NCBI GenBank assembly: GCA_965140445.1
Contig: OZ223236.1
Span: forward strand, 3,360,001 to 3,424,000
From: Candidatus Ozemobacteraceae bacterium
GTDB taxonomy: Bacteria > Muiribacteriota > Ozemobacteria > Ozemobacterales > Ozemobacteraceae
Length of the DNA stretch: 64,000 nucleotides
Reading direction: 5' to 3'
The translations under genes were made by a program, and so were the position numbers. This document shows, piece by piece, positions 1 to 10,843 of the stretch; the stretch's first letter is position 1; every line of letters begins with the position of its first letter. The notes below the pieces were generated by a model that did not search any database, was not told the DNA's origin, and saw nothing but the letters and a program-made list of their open reading frames with translations.

Positions 1-652
1 CGGTCTTAATCCTGCGATTTGCGCTCAGAATCCTGCAAAGCTATTTCATCCAATAATCTGCGCTTTTAATAAAATTTCTAAACATTCACGTGAATCCGCT
101 AAATTATGGATTGAAATCATGCAACAGATTATTCCAGAAGTTAAAAATCTCAATGAATTACTTTTTCTTGGAAGGGTTGCTGCGTGGCGCTGTGGGATGG
201 CTCATCTTCGAGATTTAATAGATTTTTCGCAACAAATCGATGAAAAATTCGTTTCTATCATTTTTCCAGAAGACATTAAAACTATTTCAGAAAGATGGGG
301 CAAAAACACTGATCAAAAAGGGATTTCCATCGGAGCATTTTCAGGCCTAAATGGAAAGTTTCTGGTGCCTCCAAAGATAACGTCTCAAGAGAACATGATT
401 TTTGTTTCTGATGGTTTTTCAACAAACGCAATTTTCGTGGATAGATATGGGGCTACTCTCCAGGAGTGTAATTCCGGAATTTCAGATAGTCTTAAATTCT
501 CTCTTACCCCTCTAAAGTCAGCTCCCGAAAACTCTGCTAAAATTCTCAAAAAATACGAAGATTTGACTTCATGGGTATATCAGCATTCAACTTTATTTCT
601 AACCACAGCAAGCTCACATTCGGTATTTGTTTTTGGCGGGATTGATGGTTAA
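1..652 (+). CDS. Hypothetical protein, 5'-truncated; first visible gene of the vWA operon
   Basis: The frame of ORF 119..652 is open back to position 2 (GLNPAICAQNPAKLFHP...), so the gene starts before the window. It contains GRVAAWRCGMAHLR, and its stop overlaps the next start. Confidence 0.75.
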   Translation, partial: GLNPAICAQNPAKLFHPIICAFNKISKHSRESAKLWIEIMQQIIPEVKNLNELLFLGRVAAWRCGMAHLRDLIDFSQQIDEKFVSIIFPEDIKTISERWGKNTDQKGISIGAFSGLNGKFLVPPKITSQENMIFVSDGFSTNAIFVDRYGATLQECNSGISDSLKFSLTPLKSAPENSAKILKKYEDLTSWVYQHSTLFLTTASSHSVFVFGGIDG

Positions 653-2441
653 GAAAACTGCAACCAGGGCAAATGTAAGAAACCTTTGGGCTGAAACCTG
701 GCCAGAGGCCTTATCGGTCTGGAACCCTTATGTGTCACTAAGAGAGCCAACATGGTGTATTTCAAAAACCGCTGCTGCCAAAGAAGGTCTAAGTGGTAGC
801 TTTGCTATGATCCGGCTTACAGATCATCGAATAGTAATAGACTTTTCGACGGTAAAAGAATTTAAAGTTGAAGAATTTGCCCTCCAGGTTCTGGCTCACG
901 AGATTGGCCATCACGTTCTTATTCCCGCGAATCGTTATGACAACATTGGAATGTTTCGGCGAATGCGCCTTGCATTAGCTGGTATAGAAGATAGAACACC
1001 TCTGGTAGCAAATCTGTATGCTGATTTAATTATCAATGATACTTTGCAGAGAATTCATGGACTTGATATGGCTTCGGTTTATCAAAAAATGCAGGAAGGA
1101 ACAAAAATAGAATCAAGTCTTCACAATTGGTATATGCGCACCTATGAATATCTTTGGGGCATTAAAAGAGGTGTTCTCTCTGGAAAAAAACAGTCTCCCC
1201 AGATTGATGCTGACGCTTCATTAGCTGCTTCCATAGTCCGAAGTTATGCACGAAACTGGTTGGATGGGGCAGGGCGCTACGCCATGCTTGCTTACCCCTA
1301 TCTTATTAAGGACGCCGATTATCAAAACGCCAGGTCCGAGCTCGTTCGTTTACTTGACGCTGAAACCTGTGGTGAGGGCTCTGAAATTGCTGGTGGAATG
1401 GCAGAAATTGACGAATCAATTCTTGATGGAATCGTAGATCCCAGATCAGAAGCTATTGGCGGAGCCGACTCAAAGGCAGCTGACGACGAAACCGGGGAAA
1501 TCAAATCTTCAAAGCCTTCATGGACGGAACAACAATCAAGCAAAGGTGGAACAGGCCCAAAGCAAAGGTATCTGGAGCCAGGATCCTACATAGATTTGAT
1601 GAGGCAGGTAGATCCAGGTGTCGACGAAAATAAGCTATTGATACGTTATTATCGTGATATCGCTCTTCCATTTCTTGTTCCATTTCCAGTTGAAAATTCA
1701 GCTCCTCTGGCGGAATATTTGCCCGAAGGAACTGATCAATGGGAACCAGGCGATCCGATTGAAGAAATTGACTGGCTTGAAACAACCATGAGTTCACCAG
1801 TTATTATCCCGGGGGTAACAACCAGACGTAGATTTTATTCCGAGGATACAGACAGTCCATCATCTCAGCAGCCATATAATTTGTATGTTGGAATTGACTG
1901 TTCAGGTTCCATGAAAAATCCAAGATTAAATTTTTCATGGCCGATTTGCGCAGGAGCGATAGTTTCACTTTCAGCCTTGAGAGCCGGGGCAAAGGTTATG
2001 AGCTGTTTATCAGGAGAGCCAGGAAGTTTTCTTGAAACTAAAGGCTTTGTTAAGACTGAAAATGATGTTCTGAAAGTACTGACCTCTTACCTTGGAACTG
2101 GTTATGCGTATGGAATTCCAAGGCTTGAAACCGATCATTTGAAAACCATTAAAGGCAAAACTCATCTTCTTATTGTTTCTGATGATGACATTTTTTCAAT
2201 GTTACAGGCCATCTCACCAACCGGAAAATTGAATTTTGATGTAGCCGAGGAAGCCTTAAAAAATGCGGGTGGAGGAGGCACATTTGTTCTCCATTCCAAC
2301 TCAAACTGGCATAAAAATGATGCTTTAAGGCTAAAAAAAATGGGTTGGACCATTCATTATGTAACAAATGAACAGGAAATGGTTTCATTTGCCAGAGATT
2401 TTGCGCAAAAATTTTATAACATGGACAGGAGGCAAATATGA
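645..2441 (+). CDS. HExxH metallopeptidase-like domain fused to a C-terminal vWA domain (MoxR-partner type)
   Basis: LAHEIGHH zincin motif, acidic linker, MIDAS motif VGIDCSGSM and later IVSDDD. Start placed at ATG 645. Confidence 0.8.
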   Translation: MVKKTATRANVRNLWAETWPEALSVWNPYVSLREPTWCISKTAAAKEGLSGSFAMIRLTDHRIVIDFSTVKEFKVEEFALQVLAHEIGHHVLIPANRYDNIGMFRRMRLALAGIEDRTPLVANLYADLIINDTLQRIHGLDMASVYQKMQEGTKIESSLHNWYMRTYEYLWGIKRGVLSGKKQSPQIDADASLAASIVRSYARNWLDGAGRYAMLAYPYLIKDADYQNARSELVRLLDAETCGEGSEIAGGMAEIDESILDGIVDPRSEAIGGADSKAADDETGEIKSSKPSWTEQQSSKGGTGPKQRYLEPGSYIDLMRQVDPGVDENKLLIRYYRDIALPFLVPFPVENSAPLAEYLPEGTDQWEPGDPIEEIDWLETTMSSPVIIPGVTTRRRFYSEDTDSPSSQQPYNLYVGIDCSGSMKNPRLNFSWPICAGAIVSLSALRAGAKVMSCLSGEPGSFLETKGFVKTENDVLKVLTSYLGTGYAYGIPRLETDHLKTIKGKTHLLIVSDDDIFSMLQAISPTGKLNFDVAEEALKNAGGGGTFVLHSNSNWHKNDALRLKKMGWTIHYVTNEQEMVSFARDFAQKFYNMDRRQI

Positions 2442-3007
2442 CAATAGTTCCTACAGTTTCAGAACTGATTCATCACATCAAACGCTGTCCTTCAGAATTT
2501 CTAAAAGAACCCGTTTATGGCAACAATGGCCTGATTCATACAGAAGCATTGGTAAATGATATTTATCGAATTATTTCAGATGACATGGTTGCCAATTGTC
2601 CAATAAAACTGTCTTCTAAAAAACTAAGCAAGGAAGAATTATCTCTGATTCAAATCTGTTGCTGGGTTTTGACCCATCCATTTTTTAAATTTACCGACAA
2701 CAGTTGGATAAAAGATTTTTTTTGCACCGGGCTAAAAGAAATCTCTTCCTTAGTAAAAAAAGAAGTATGGATAAATGACGAAGAAAGAGCAGAAGAATTG
2801 GCCAGAATTATTTTCAGACATTGCGGATTCCTTCCCCAGGGAGAATCTCGTGAAGAAGCTCTGGACAGGTATGAATCCGTTAACACCATTAAAAGATTAC
2901 AGGTAATTGAAGAGTCAAATGCGGCAATGGAAAGAGCCAAAGCAATTCGAAAGAAAATGGAAGCAAAAAAGGCGCGGGAAGCAGCCAATGTTTATGGGAG
3001 AGAATGA
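2438..3007 (+). CDS. Hypothetical protein with C-terminal coiled coil
   Basis: 189-aa ORF with ATGA overlaps at both ends and an AGGAGG RBS. Confidence 0.75.
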   Translation: MTIVPTVSELIHHIKRCPSEFLKEPVYGNNGLIHTEALVNDIYRIISDDMVANCPIKLSSKKLSKEELSLIQICCWVLTHPFFKFTDNSWIKDFFCTGLKEISSLVKKEVWINDEERAEELARIIFRHCGFLPQGESREEALDRYESVNTIKRLQVIEESNAAMERAKAIRKKMEAKKAREAANVYGRE

Positions 3008-4359
3008 TGAAGCCTACTCCGGTTCTAACAGATGAAGAGCGGTTTCCGCTGATTAAACAACTTGGCTTTTTAAACGAGCTTCGCCAGGATTCTTGCGGTC
3101 CGAAATTTAATTTTAAATCAGGGGATCGTTTAAATAATGAGTCTTTGCAGGAAGTACAGAAATATGCTCAGAACATTGGTAAAACCAGATTTTGGGACCC
3201 AGGCAAAACTCCAGATTGGATGCCCGGATTTTTAAAATGGTGCACGGAAACCGTGCCTGCCTACAAAAATTGCAGTATGACTCTTGAAAACAATTCGACC
3301 CTGAATAGAGAATCACTTGCTGAGTGCCCTTGGGATTATGTCTCAGATGATTGTCAACTTGAGGATCTTCTGGTTTATAGCACATCCGGGACTACGGGCA
3401 AAGCGATGGATGTTTTGTTTGATGCAACCTCTCAGGCTAAGTGGATCCCTCAATTAGAATCAATTTTACACAATGATGGGATCTTCATTGAAGGGGGCCC
3501 CGAACGAGTATCAATCTGCCTTGTCTGTTGTCAGGAAGAAACCTTAACCTACGCATCCCTTTCGACCTATTTGAATGGGGCGGGTGTTTTAAAAATTAAT
3601 CTGAATTCAAAGGAATGGAATCAGGAATCCGACCCAGCCTTATATCTGGAAAAACATAACCCGGAAATCATAACCGGAGATCCTTTCACTTTTTTGAAAC
3701 TGGCAGAAATCGCCCCTCAAATCCGTCCTAAAGCTCTTGTTTCATCAGCTATGACTTTAAATGAGGGATTGCGAACAAAACTGGCAAATACTTTTTTATG
3801 CCCGGTTTATGATATCTATTCCTTAACTGAATGCCGAATGATTGCTGTGTCACTTAAACAGGGGATTCACAGACTCTTCAGACCAGACCTTTTTGTAGAA
3901 ATTTTGCATCCCGATAAAGATGAGCCAGTGACAAGCGGAGAAAGAGGTGAAATAGTTGTAACAAGTGGGATTAACCCGTTTTTACCTCTGATTCGCTATC
4001 GAACAGGAGATTATGGGGTCCTCAAACATGTTGGAGATTCAATTGAGATTCACGATTTTGAAGGTCGGGCTCCAACTATCTTTTTTGACGATAAAGGCCA
4101 ATTCGTTAACCACGTCGATGTTTCAAGGGCGATCAGTGAGTTTGCGCTCGCCGGTTTCACTCTTCATCAACAAAAGGATCATTCTATTGAATTTCATGGG
4201 TGGGGGCCTGTTTCTTATAGTCCGAAAGTCAAACAACAGTTGATTAAATTATTTGGCAAAAAAATACAAATTAAGTTAAGAATTCATAATAATGTGATTC
4301 CGGATGGAAAAAAAATTCAGTATTCCAGTGAATTCAGTGAAACGGATATTTATAAATGA
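3004..4359 (+). CDS. Phenylacetate-CoA ligase / CapK-like adenylating enzyme (ANL superfamily)
   Basis: YSTSGTTG P-loop-like motif, YSLTE, GERGEIVVT, PLIRYRTGD. Confidence 0.85.
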   Translation: MMKPTPVLTDEERFPLIKQLGFLNELRQDSCGPKFNFKSGDRLNNESLQEVQKYAQNIGKTRFWDPGKTPDWMPGFLKWCTETVPAYKNCSMTLENNSTLNRESLAECPWDYVSDDCQLEDLLVYSTSGTTGKAMDVLFDATSQAKWIPQLESILHNDGIFIEGGPERVSICLVCCQEETLTYASLSTYLNGAGVLKINLNSKEWNQESDPALYLEKHNPEIITGDPFTFLKLAEIAPQIRPKALVSSAMTLNEGLRTKLANTFLCPVYDIYSLTECRMIAVSLKQGIHRLFRPDLFVEILHPDKDEPVTSGERGEIVVTSGINPFLPLIRYRTGDYGVLKHVGDSIEIHDFEGRAPTIFFDDKGQFVNHVDVSRAISEFALAGFTLHQQKDHSIEFHGWGPVSYSPKVKQQLIKLFGKKIQIKLRIHNNVIPDGKKIQYSSEFSETDIYK

Positions 4360-4955
4360 GTTCAATTGAAATCGTCGCAGTAATTTTTGGATTTCTTTGC
4401 GTTTTTTTAACTATAAAAGAAAGCATATGGTGCTGGCCAACAGGCTTGATACAGGTGTTTTTATATGTTTTCATTTTTTACGATGCAAAGCTTTATTCTG
4501 ACGTAATCCTTCATATAATTTATGTTTTTCTCCAATTTTATGGTTGGTATTTCTGGCTTCACGGCGGTAAAAAAAGAACTGAGGCAAAACTTTCTGAAAT
4601 GTCCACCAGATGGAGATTTACCACTTTATCAACTTCCATAATCTGCACTTTGCTCCTTGGTTATTATATGTCTAACCATACAGACGCTTCTTTCCCTTAT
4701 CCGGACGCTTTTACCACTGTTTTTAGTTTGGCTGCACAATGGCTTCTCACAAGAAAAAAACTTGAATCATGGTATTTCTGGATCGCGGTAGACGTTGTTG
4801 CAATAGGCGTCTATTATGCCAAAGGTTTAAATTTGACTGCTGGTCTTTATATGGCATTTCTTGGAATGGCCGTCGCGGGGCTTTTCCGCTGGAAAAAGTC
4901 TTTTGCAGCCCTGTCCGATACCCAGGAAACCCCGGAATTAGAACCATGCGCTTAA
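4356..4955 (+). CDS. pnuC: Nicotinamide riboside transporter PnuC
   Basis: Multi-TM protein with WCWPTG, YGWYFW, DAFTT, AQWLLTRKKLESWYFWI. Confidence 0.9.
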   Translation: MSSIEIVAVIFGFLCVFLTIKESIWCWPTGLIQVFLYVFIFYDAKLYSDVILHIIYVFLQFYGWYFWLHGGKKRTEAKLSEMSTRWRFTTLSTSIICTLLLGYYMSNHTDASFPYPDAFTTVFSLAAQWLLTRKKLESWYFWIAVDVVAIGVYYAKGLNLTAGLYMAFLGMAVAGLFRWKKSFAALSDTQETPELEPCA

Positions 4956-5986
4956 AAAAAGGTTTAACGCTGGGCAAATATTCCCCTTTGCACAAAGGGC
5001 ACCAGCTAGTAATTGAAACTGCATTAAAAGAAATGGATCATCTTTTTGTCATGATTTATGACAGTCCTGAAACCACAACAATTCCACTAAGCGTTCGCGC
5101 TAACTGGATAAAATCATTATATCCACAGGTTTCAGTTATTGAAGCTTTTGATGGTCCTGCAGAAGTTGGATATACACCAGAAATAATGCAGTTACAGGAA
5201 AACTACATCCTTTCGCACATGAAAGATAAAGCAATTACTCATTTTTACTCCAGTGAACCATACGGCGAGCATGTGAGCATTGCTTTAAAAGCAGAAAACA
5301 GGATCGTTGATATTGATAGAAGTGCTGTTCCAGTTTCAGGAACAGAAATCCGAAAAAATCCATTTGCTGCCAGAGCGTATTTATCAGACATTGTGTATCG
5401 TGATCATATTGTTAATGTGGTTTTCCTTGGTGCACCTTCAACAGGAAAATCAACAATAGCAGAAATTCTGGCTCATGATTTTAATACCGAATGGATGCCA
5501 GAATACGGAAGGGAATACTGGGAAAAAAATCAGATCGAACGACGTCTTACCCTTGAACAGCTTGTAGAAATTGCAGAAGGGCATCTGGATCGCGAAGAAA
5601 GCCGGTTATTAAAAGCCAAAAAATATCTTTTTACAGACACAAATGTTTTAACTACCAGGATTTTTTCCCATTATTATCACGGCAAAGCCTCTTCCAAACT
5701 GGAAGAAATGGCACAACAACACGCTTCCCGTTATGATTTATTCTTTCTTTGTGACACGGATATCCCATATGATGACACATGGGATAGATCAGGGGATGCA
5801 AATCGTTTAAAAATGCAGAAAATGATCATAGAAGACCTTGAAACCAGGAAAATCAAATTCATTAAGCTCAGTGGAAATCTTGAGAAACGGGTAGCAAAAG
5901 TCAAAAAAATTCTGGATTCTTTTGAAAAATACCAACAAATAGACTCAAATAATAAGCTGAAAACAATTAACCATTATCCGAAATAA
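4946..5986 (+). CDS. nadR: NadR-like bifunctional NMN adenylyltransferase / ribosylnicotinamide kinase, lacking the HTH
   Basis: GKYSPLHKGH nucleotidyltransferase motif, Walker A GAPSTGKS, EYGREY. Start at ATG 4946 overlapping the pnuC end. Confidence 0.85.
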   Translation: MRLKKGLTLGKYSPLHKGHQLVIETALKEMDHLFVMIYDSPETTTIPLSVRANWIKSLYPQVSVIEAFDGPAEVGYTPEIMQLQENYILSHMKDKAITHFYSSEPYGEHVSIALKAENRIVDIDRSAVPVSGTEIRKNPFAARAYLSDIVYRDHIVNVVFLGAPSTGKSTIAEILAHDFNTEWMPEYGREYWEKNQIERRLTLEQLVEIAEGHLDREESRLLKAKKYLFTDTNVLTTRIFSHYYHGKASSKLEEMAQQHASRYDLFFLCDTDIPYDDTWDRSGDANRLKMQKMIIEDLETRKIKFIKLSGNLEKRVAKVKKILDSFEKYQQIDSNNKLKTINHYPK

Positions 5987-7058
5987 ATTTTTCCCACTCC
6001 TGGATTTTTTCAGAGTTTTTGGCTTTTTTGTAATATTGTAAGACTTTCTTCGCCTGTCTTATTGCCTTATCCTTTGAATCAAGATGTAAAAAGGCATGTG
6101 CACCGTATTCCATGGCATAGAACTGCAGCATGAAATTCTCTTCTAACTTGCCTTTTCGATGAATCTCTTTACAAATGTGCAGTAATTTAGGCCAATTCTC
6201 ATATTTTTTCGAATAATCAAGAATCCACTTCCAGCAAGCATTTTCATTGTCGAAATCGCCTTTTTTAATATAGGTCATTGCTTTTCGAAAAGATTTTTCC
6301 ATTTCATTGAAATTTTTAAGATTTCCGGAAATGTTTCCTTTTGCAAAATAAAATGAATTTGCCATATCAGGGGGTATTTGGTTCACTAATGCCGTCATTT
6401 TAGAGTTGGATAAAATTTTTTCTGCGGCTTCATACTTTCCGAGATCCATCATACAAAAAGCCTTTTGCATGTTAGTCATAAAAAAGAAGCTTGGACTAAA
6501 TTCACCTTTTTCTCCGTTTTTTAAGGGTTTAAAAACATTACTAAATGCTTCTATGGCTTCGGTGTTTTTGCCATTTTTATGAAAGGCAACCGCCTTATTA
6601 AAACGAGCTACGAATTCAGGATGAACATATCCTCTTTCACTTGCATTGCTGTCAGAAAGGCTTTTGGCCTTTTTGTAATCAGTTTTTTCAGATACTGTTT
6701 TATTTAAGTTTTTTTTACTGCTCGCAGCAACTTTCGCTCTGGATTTTTTACTATTTTTTGGTCGGGCAGTTTGAGGAGAATCGCTACCGAGGATCGCAAT
6801 TCCCATAAAAATAGCCAAAATTGAATACCATTGAACTGGAATAAAAAAGAGACTGTGTCGACCAGGATGATCTGAATTCATCCATTTTCCCCACTTCCAG
6901 ATAACAGCTGCGGTCGCAACCATAATTACACTAAATGGCCAGTCGTGAGCCTGATTATAGTCCGAGCCTAGAAGAAAAGAAAAAATAACAGCGCCCAACA
7001 ATATTAAAATTATGCTTAATGGAATTACTAAAATTCCAAATCCTCTCCAAATTAACAA
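5967..7058 (-). CDS. Membrane protein with soluble TPR-like helical domain
   Basis: Three N-terminal hydrophobic segments followed by helical repeats. Confidence 0.65.
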   Translation of the reverse strand: MLIWRGFGILVIPLSIILILLGAVIFSFLLGSDYNQAHDWPFSVIMVATAAVIWKWGKWMNSDHPGRHSLFFIPVQWYSILAIFMGIAILGSDSPQTARPKNSKKSRAKVAASSKKNLNKTVSEKTDYKKAKSLSDSNASERGYVHPEFVARFNKAVAFHKNGKNTEAIEAFSNVFKPLKNGEKGEFSPSFFFMTNMQKAFCMMDLGKYEAAEKILSNSKMTALVNQIPPDMANSFYFAKGNISGNLKNFNEMEKSFRKAMTYIKKGDFDNENACWKWILDYSKKYENWPKLLHICKEIHRKGKLEENFMLQFYAMEYGAHAFLHLDSKDKAIRQAKKVLQYYKKAKNSEKIQEWEKFISDNG

Positions 7059-7124
7059 AATACCCTCCCAACGATTTCCTTTGCTTCTATTTTTTCATAA
7101 TCAAACACCATTTTCAATGAACAA

Positions 7125-7159
7125 TAAAAAAGCTCGCCCAATCAAACCTTGGCGAGCTT
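7125..7159 (-). terminator. Intrinsic terminator
   Basis: AAGCTCGCC/GGCGAGCTT stem with a U tract on the minus strand, downstream of 7207..7623. Confidence 0.7.
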
Positions 7160-7206
7160 GTACCGATTTAAAGTTGCCTATAACAAGTTAAAAGAGTAAA
7201 AAAAAC

Positions 7207-7623
7207 TTATCTATTGTTTTGTGGTTTAGGTGTTTCCAGAGAATTTTCTGAATCAGCGGGAAAAACCAGATATTTTCTTGCAATCATCAAGATTACAAAA
7301 GCAATTACACTTAATAAAATGTCTACTACTGAAAGATCTGGTTTTAAAGTTTTACGGGCCACAACAAAAGCCAGAAGCTCCAAAACCGCCTCTAATTCAT
7401 GGGTTAAAAGAGTTCTGATCAACTCCAGACAAATTACCAGTAAAAGAATTCTGTTGATTAGTTCATAAAGGGTTTCAGTTTGATTCCAGTCTGTTACCGA
7501 TAAGGCCGCCAAAGAGTGCAGAAAAAAAACAGCCATGCCCGCAAAAATTGCGATTGCTAGAATTCGCTCACTCCAAACTGCTGTACGTCGCAAACCATTT
7601 GCTAGTTTTACTGCCTGAGCCAT
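7207..7623 (-). CDS. PsiE-like membrane protein
   Basis: About four TM segments; ILLLVICLEL...FVVARK pattern. Confidence 0.65.
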   Translation of the reverse strand: MAQAVKLANGLRRTAVWSERILAIAIFAGMAVFFLHSLAALSVTDWNQTETLYELINRILLLVICLELIRTLLTHELEAVLELLAFVVARKTLKPDLSVVDILLSVIAFVILMIARKYLVFPADSENSLETPKPQNNR

Positions 7624-7703
7624 TTCCTTTCCTCCATTTATGTTATTGGAAGCTACTATACAAAGTATTTATTTTTGAGTCAACGAGCGAAAAAAACTGT
7701 TTC

Positions 7704-10640
7704 TTACTTTGTATGCTTAATATGCCGATTGAGAATTTCAATGAGTTCAGATTTTGTAAATGGTTTACAAATACTATCCATAAAACCATATTTGGTTGGA
7801 TTTTTCATAACAGGATCCTCTGCATAGCCACTTGCCACAAAAGCAGGAATATCCGAATTTATCTTTCTAATAGCTTCAATAGCGGCTTTTCCTCCCATTC
7901 CCCCAGGCACGGTAAGATCAAAAATCATTCCGATTATTTCCAGTTTGCCTTTGGTCTCTTCCACGAAGAAGTCAATTGCTTCCTGCCCATTGTTTTTGCA
8001 TACTACTGAGTAGCCAAGAGTTTCCAGCAGGTCTTTGATTGTGTCTCTGATTATTTCTTCATCGTCCATAATCAGGAAAATGCCACTTCCCTGATGTACA
8101 TTACTTGCCTTATCAGAAATTGGTAAAACCGAATCGGTTGAAGCCGGTAAATAAACATGGAATGTACTACCCTTTCCAGGTTCTGATTCTACATCAATAC
8201 ACCCATTATGCCTTTTTACAATAGAGTAGCAGGTAGCTAGTCCAAGGCCATGTCCTTTTGTTTTCGTGGTAAAAAATGGGTCAAAAATCTTTGAGACCAA
8301 ATCTTTTTGTATACCAATACCGCAATCTTTGACAGAAATTTTAATATATTTTCCATTTTCCAGACTTGGATGCTCTTTGTGAGAAAGTAAAATATTTCTA
8401 GCAGATAACTTAATGGTTCCTCCGAGGGGCATTGCCTGCTGAGCATTTATAACAAGATTGTCGATAACCTGTCCGATCTGATTTTTGTCAAAATTACATG
8501 GCCAGAGATTTTCTGGGACGTCGAAATGGCAGGAAACATTTGCGCCACTCAGAGCAAACCGTGCAGTTTCTTCAACAAATGGAAACAAATGACCAATTTT
8601 CTGAATAGGAGCGCCACCTTTTGCAAAAGTAAGCAACTGACCAGTTAAAGCGCGTGCTCTTCCTATTGTATTTAATGCCTTTTCGAGGTAGCTTGAGGCC
8701 ATCTTTTTGTCGGGTTCTTCATTCGCCAGATCTATATAACCAAAAATACCGCCCATTAAGTTATTAAAGTCATGGGCAATACCACCAGCAAGAACACCGA
8801 TTGACTCTAGCTTCGCAGCGCGTTGAACAATGTCGCTGAGCTTTTGTTTTTCAGTCATATCTCGAAAAACCAGAACCACACCAATGGTTTTCCCGTTTTT
8901 GGTCTTTATCGGTGCCCCGGAATCGGCAATAACCCGTTCCTTACCATCACGGGAAATTAGAATGGTATTATTTTCAAGCTCAATAATTTTACCGGAAGAA
9001 AGAACTTTTTCTACTGGGTTTTCGTGAGGTTTTCCGGTGCTTTGGTTTACTATTTTAAAAACTTCAGATAAAGGTTTTCCAACGGCCTCTTCCTGGCTCC
9101 AACCACAGAGATTTTCTGCAACTTTGTTCATTATTAAAAGATTGCCCTGAGGGTCGGTTGTTATTACACCGTCACCAATACTGCGAAGAGTGACTGCAAG
9201 ACGCTCTTTTTCAGCAGCGATAGCCTCTTCTGCAAGCTTGCGCTCCGTAATATCATTTACAAGAACCGCAAAATAATTCTTCTTTGGACAATAAGAATAT
9301 GTAGAATAATATCTGCCCGTAGTTTCCAGGAAATTTTCATAATAGCTTGGTTCGCCGGTCAATGCGACTTTTCCAAAAATGTCTATCCAATATTGTTCGA
9401 CTTTTGGCATAACTTCTCTAATTCGTTTGCCAATCGACATTTCACGTGTAACGCCTAAGAGCCGGGTATAGCTTTCATTTATATCCAAAAATATATAATC
9501 GATTGGCTTCCCGTTTTCATCTGTAATTATTTTGTGGACAGCCAATCCCTGATCAATAGCTGTAAATAGAAGACGAAATTTTTCTTCGCTTTCTTCCAAG
9601 GCAGTATGAATTTTTTTACGTTCGGTAATGTCCTGGGCAGCCCCCCAAAGGCCTGTTATGCGACCATCGGGCTCCTTAATTGCTTCGCCTCTAACCCACA
9701 TCCATCCATTAGTACCGTCTTTTTTGACCGTTTCCAGTTCAAGCTCATAGGGAATTCCATTTTTTCTGGTTCTTTCCATTGCCCTGGATAGCATTTCCCA
9801 GCTTTCTGGGGTAAATAATTTTTTATGCTCGAAATAAGGCGGAGGCGGTAAGGAAGGATCAAAGCCATACATCTTGTAAAGCTCCTCAGTCCATTTAACC
9901 TGATTCGTCTCAAGATCAACGCGCCAACTTCCCAAATGTGCAATTTCCTGTGACTTTCTAAGATCTCTTTCGCTTTCTCGCAATTCCTTTTCAATTTGCT
10001 TGGTTTGGACTATTTTGCTAATAAGTAATGCAGAGGTCTGCAACCTCTTCTTGGCAAGCTCAATTGTCTCAGGATCAGTTCTTTTAATTTCTTTGGAAAG
10101 CTCCAAGAGACTTTCAATTGAAACATTATATAAATCTGCAATAGGTTGCATTTCAGGAAGATTTTCAGGTGGACTTCCGTAGGCAAAATTAATGGCCCCA
10201 ATGCAGTCTCCATCCACCATTATTGGGACAGCATAGATGCGTAAGCCACCATTGCATTCCTTGTCAACCGGTTCTTTGGTTTCAATGGCAACTTTTGAAA
10301 TCGAAGTCCAACAGGATTCATGGCAAAGCCATTTACCACTATTCAAGGCAACCTCATTATCAGATGTATTGCAAAGACTTCTTGAAATGCCATCAAGATT
10401 ACGACACCATTTTGATGAGAATATTCCTAAAGCGTAATCACCGTTTCGTTCATAAATAGCAGATGAAGTCTGGAGAATATCCATAAAATCGCTGACAATA
10501 GAATGAAGTTCTTCTTGCCCAACGCTGTCAAGAATTGTTCTTTTAGTATTTAGTTTTGTCAGATCGCCATAATCAGGTAAATACTGACTTTGGAGAGTAA
10601 TCCTATCGCCATTTTTTTTATTTGGTTCTGCCTTTTTCAT
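7704..10640 (-). CDS. Hybrid sensor histidine kinase (PocR-PAS x3-HisKA-HATPase-REC)
   Basis: Cys-rich PocR-like N-terminus, PAS/PAC repeats, GIAHDFNN H-box, GHGLGLA G-box, MDDEE receiver. Confidence 0.9.
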   Translation of the reverse strand: MKKAEPNKKNGDRITLQSQYLPDYGDLTKLNTKRTILDSVGQEELHSIVSDFMDILQTSSAIYERNGDYALGIFSSKWCRNLDGISRSLCNTSDNEVALNSGKWLCHESCWTSISKVAIETKEPVDKECNGGLRIYAVPIMVDGDCIGAINFAYGSPPENLPEMQPIADLYNVSIESLLELSKEIKRTDPETIELAKKRLQTSALLISKIVQTKQIEKELRESERDLRKSQEIAHLGSWRVDLETNQVKWTEELYKMYGFDPSLPPPPYFEHKKLFTPESWEMLSRAMERTRKNGIPYELELETVKKDGTNGWMWVRGEAIKEPDGRITGLWGAAQDITERKKIHTALEESEEKFRLLFTAIDQGLAVHKIITDENGKPIDYIFLDINESYTRLLGVTREMSIGKRIREVMPKVEQYWIDIFGKVALTGEPSYYENFLETTGRYYSTYSYCPKKNYFAVLVNDITERKLAEEAIAAEKERLAVTLRSIGDGVITTDPQGNLLIMNKVAENLCGWSQEEAVGKPLSEVFKIVNQSTGKPHENPVEKVLSSGKIIELENNTILISRDGKERVIADSGAPIKTKNGKTIGVVLVFRDMTEKQKLSDIVQRAAKLESIGVLAGGIAHDFNNLMGGIFGYIDLANEEPDKKMASSYLEKALNTIGRARALTGQLLTFAKGGAPIQKIGHLFPFVEETARFALSGANVSCHFDVPENLWPCNFDKNQIGQVIDNLVINAQQAMPLGGTIKLSARNILLSHKEHPSLENGKYIKISVKDCGIGIQKDLVSKIFDPFFTTKTKGHGLGLATCYSIVKRHNGCIDVESEPGKGSTFHVYLPASTDSVLPISDKASNVHQGSGIFLIMDDEEIIRDTIKDLLETLGYSVVCKNNGQEAIDFFVEETKGKLEIIGMIFDLTVPGGMGGKAAIEAIRKINSDIPAFVASGYAEDPVMKNPTKYGFMDSICKPFTKSELIEILNRHIKHTK

Positions 10641-10843
10641 AAATCTCTCACCTTGCTTCTTGGGGTACCCTTAACAGGCGTTTTCTCAGGCACCTTGCCC
10701 TATTTTTTATTATTGGCATGAAAATATTTTGAATTCAGGTGTGTTTTTATTGGCACTTTAATTGATTCTCATTCTAACATGATTGCCATAAAAGTTACAG
10801 CCATCATATCAGGGCTTAATTGCGATTACCCATTTAAACCATT

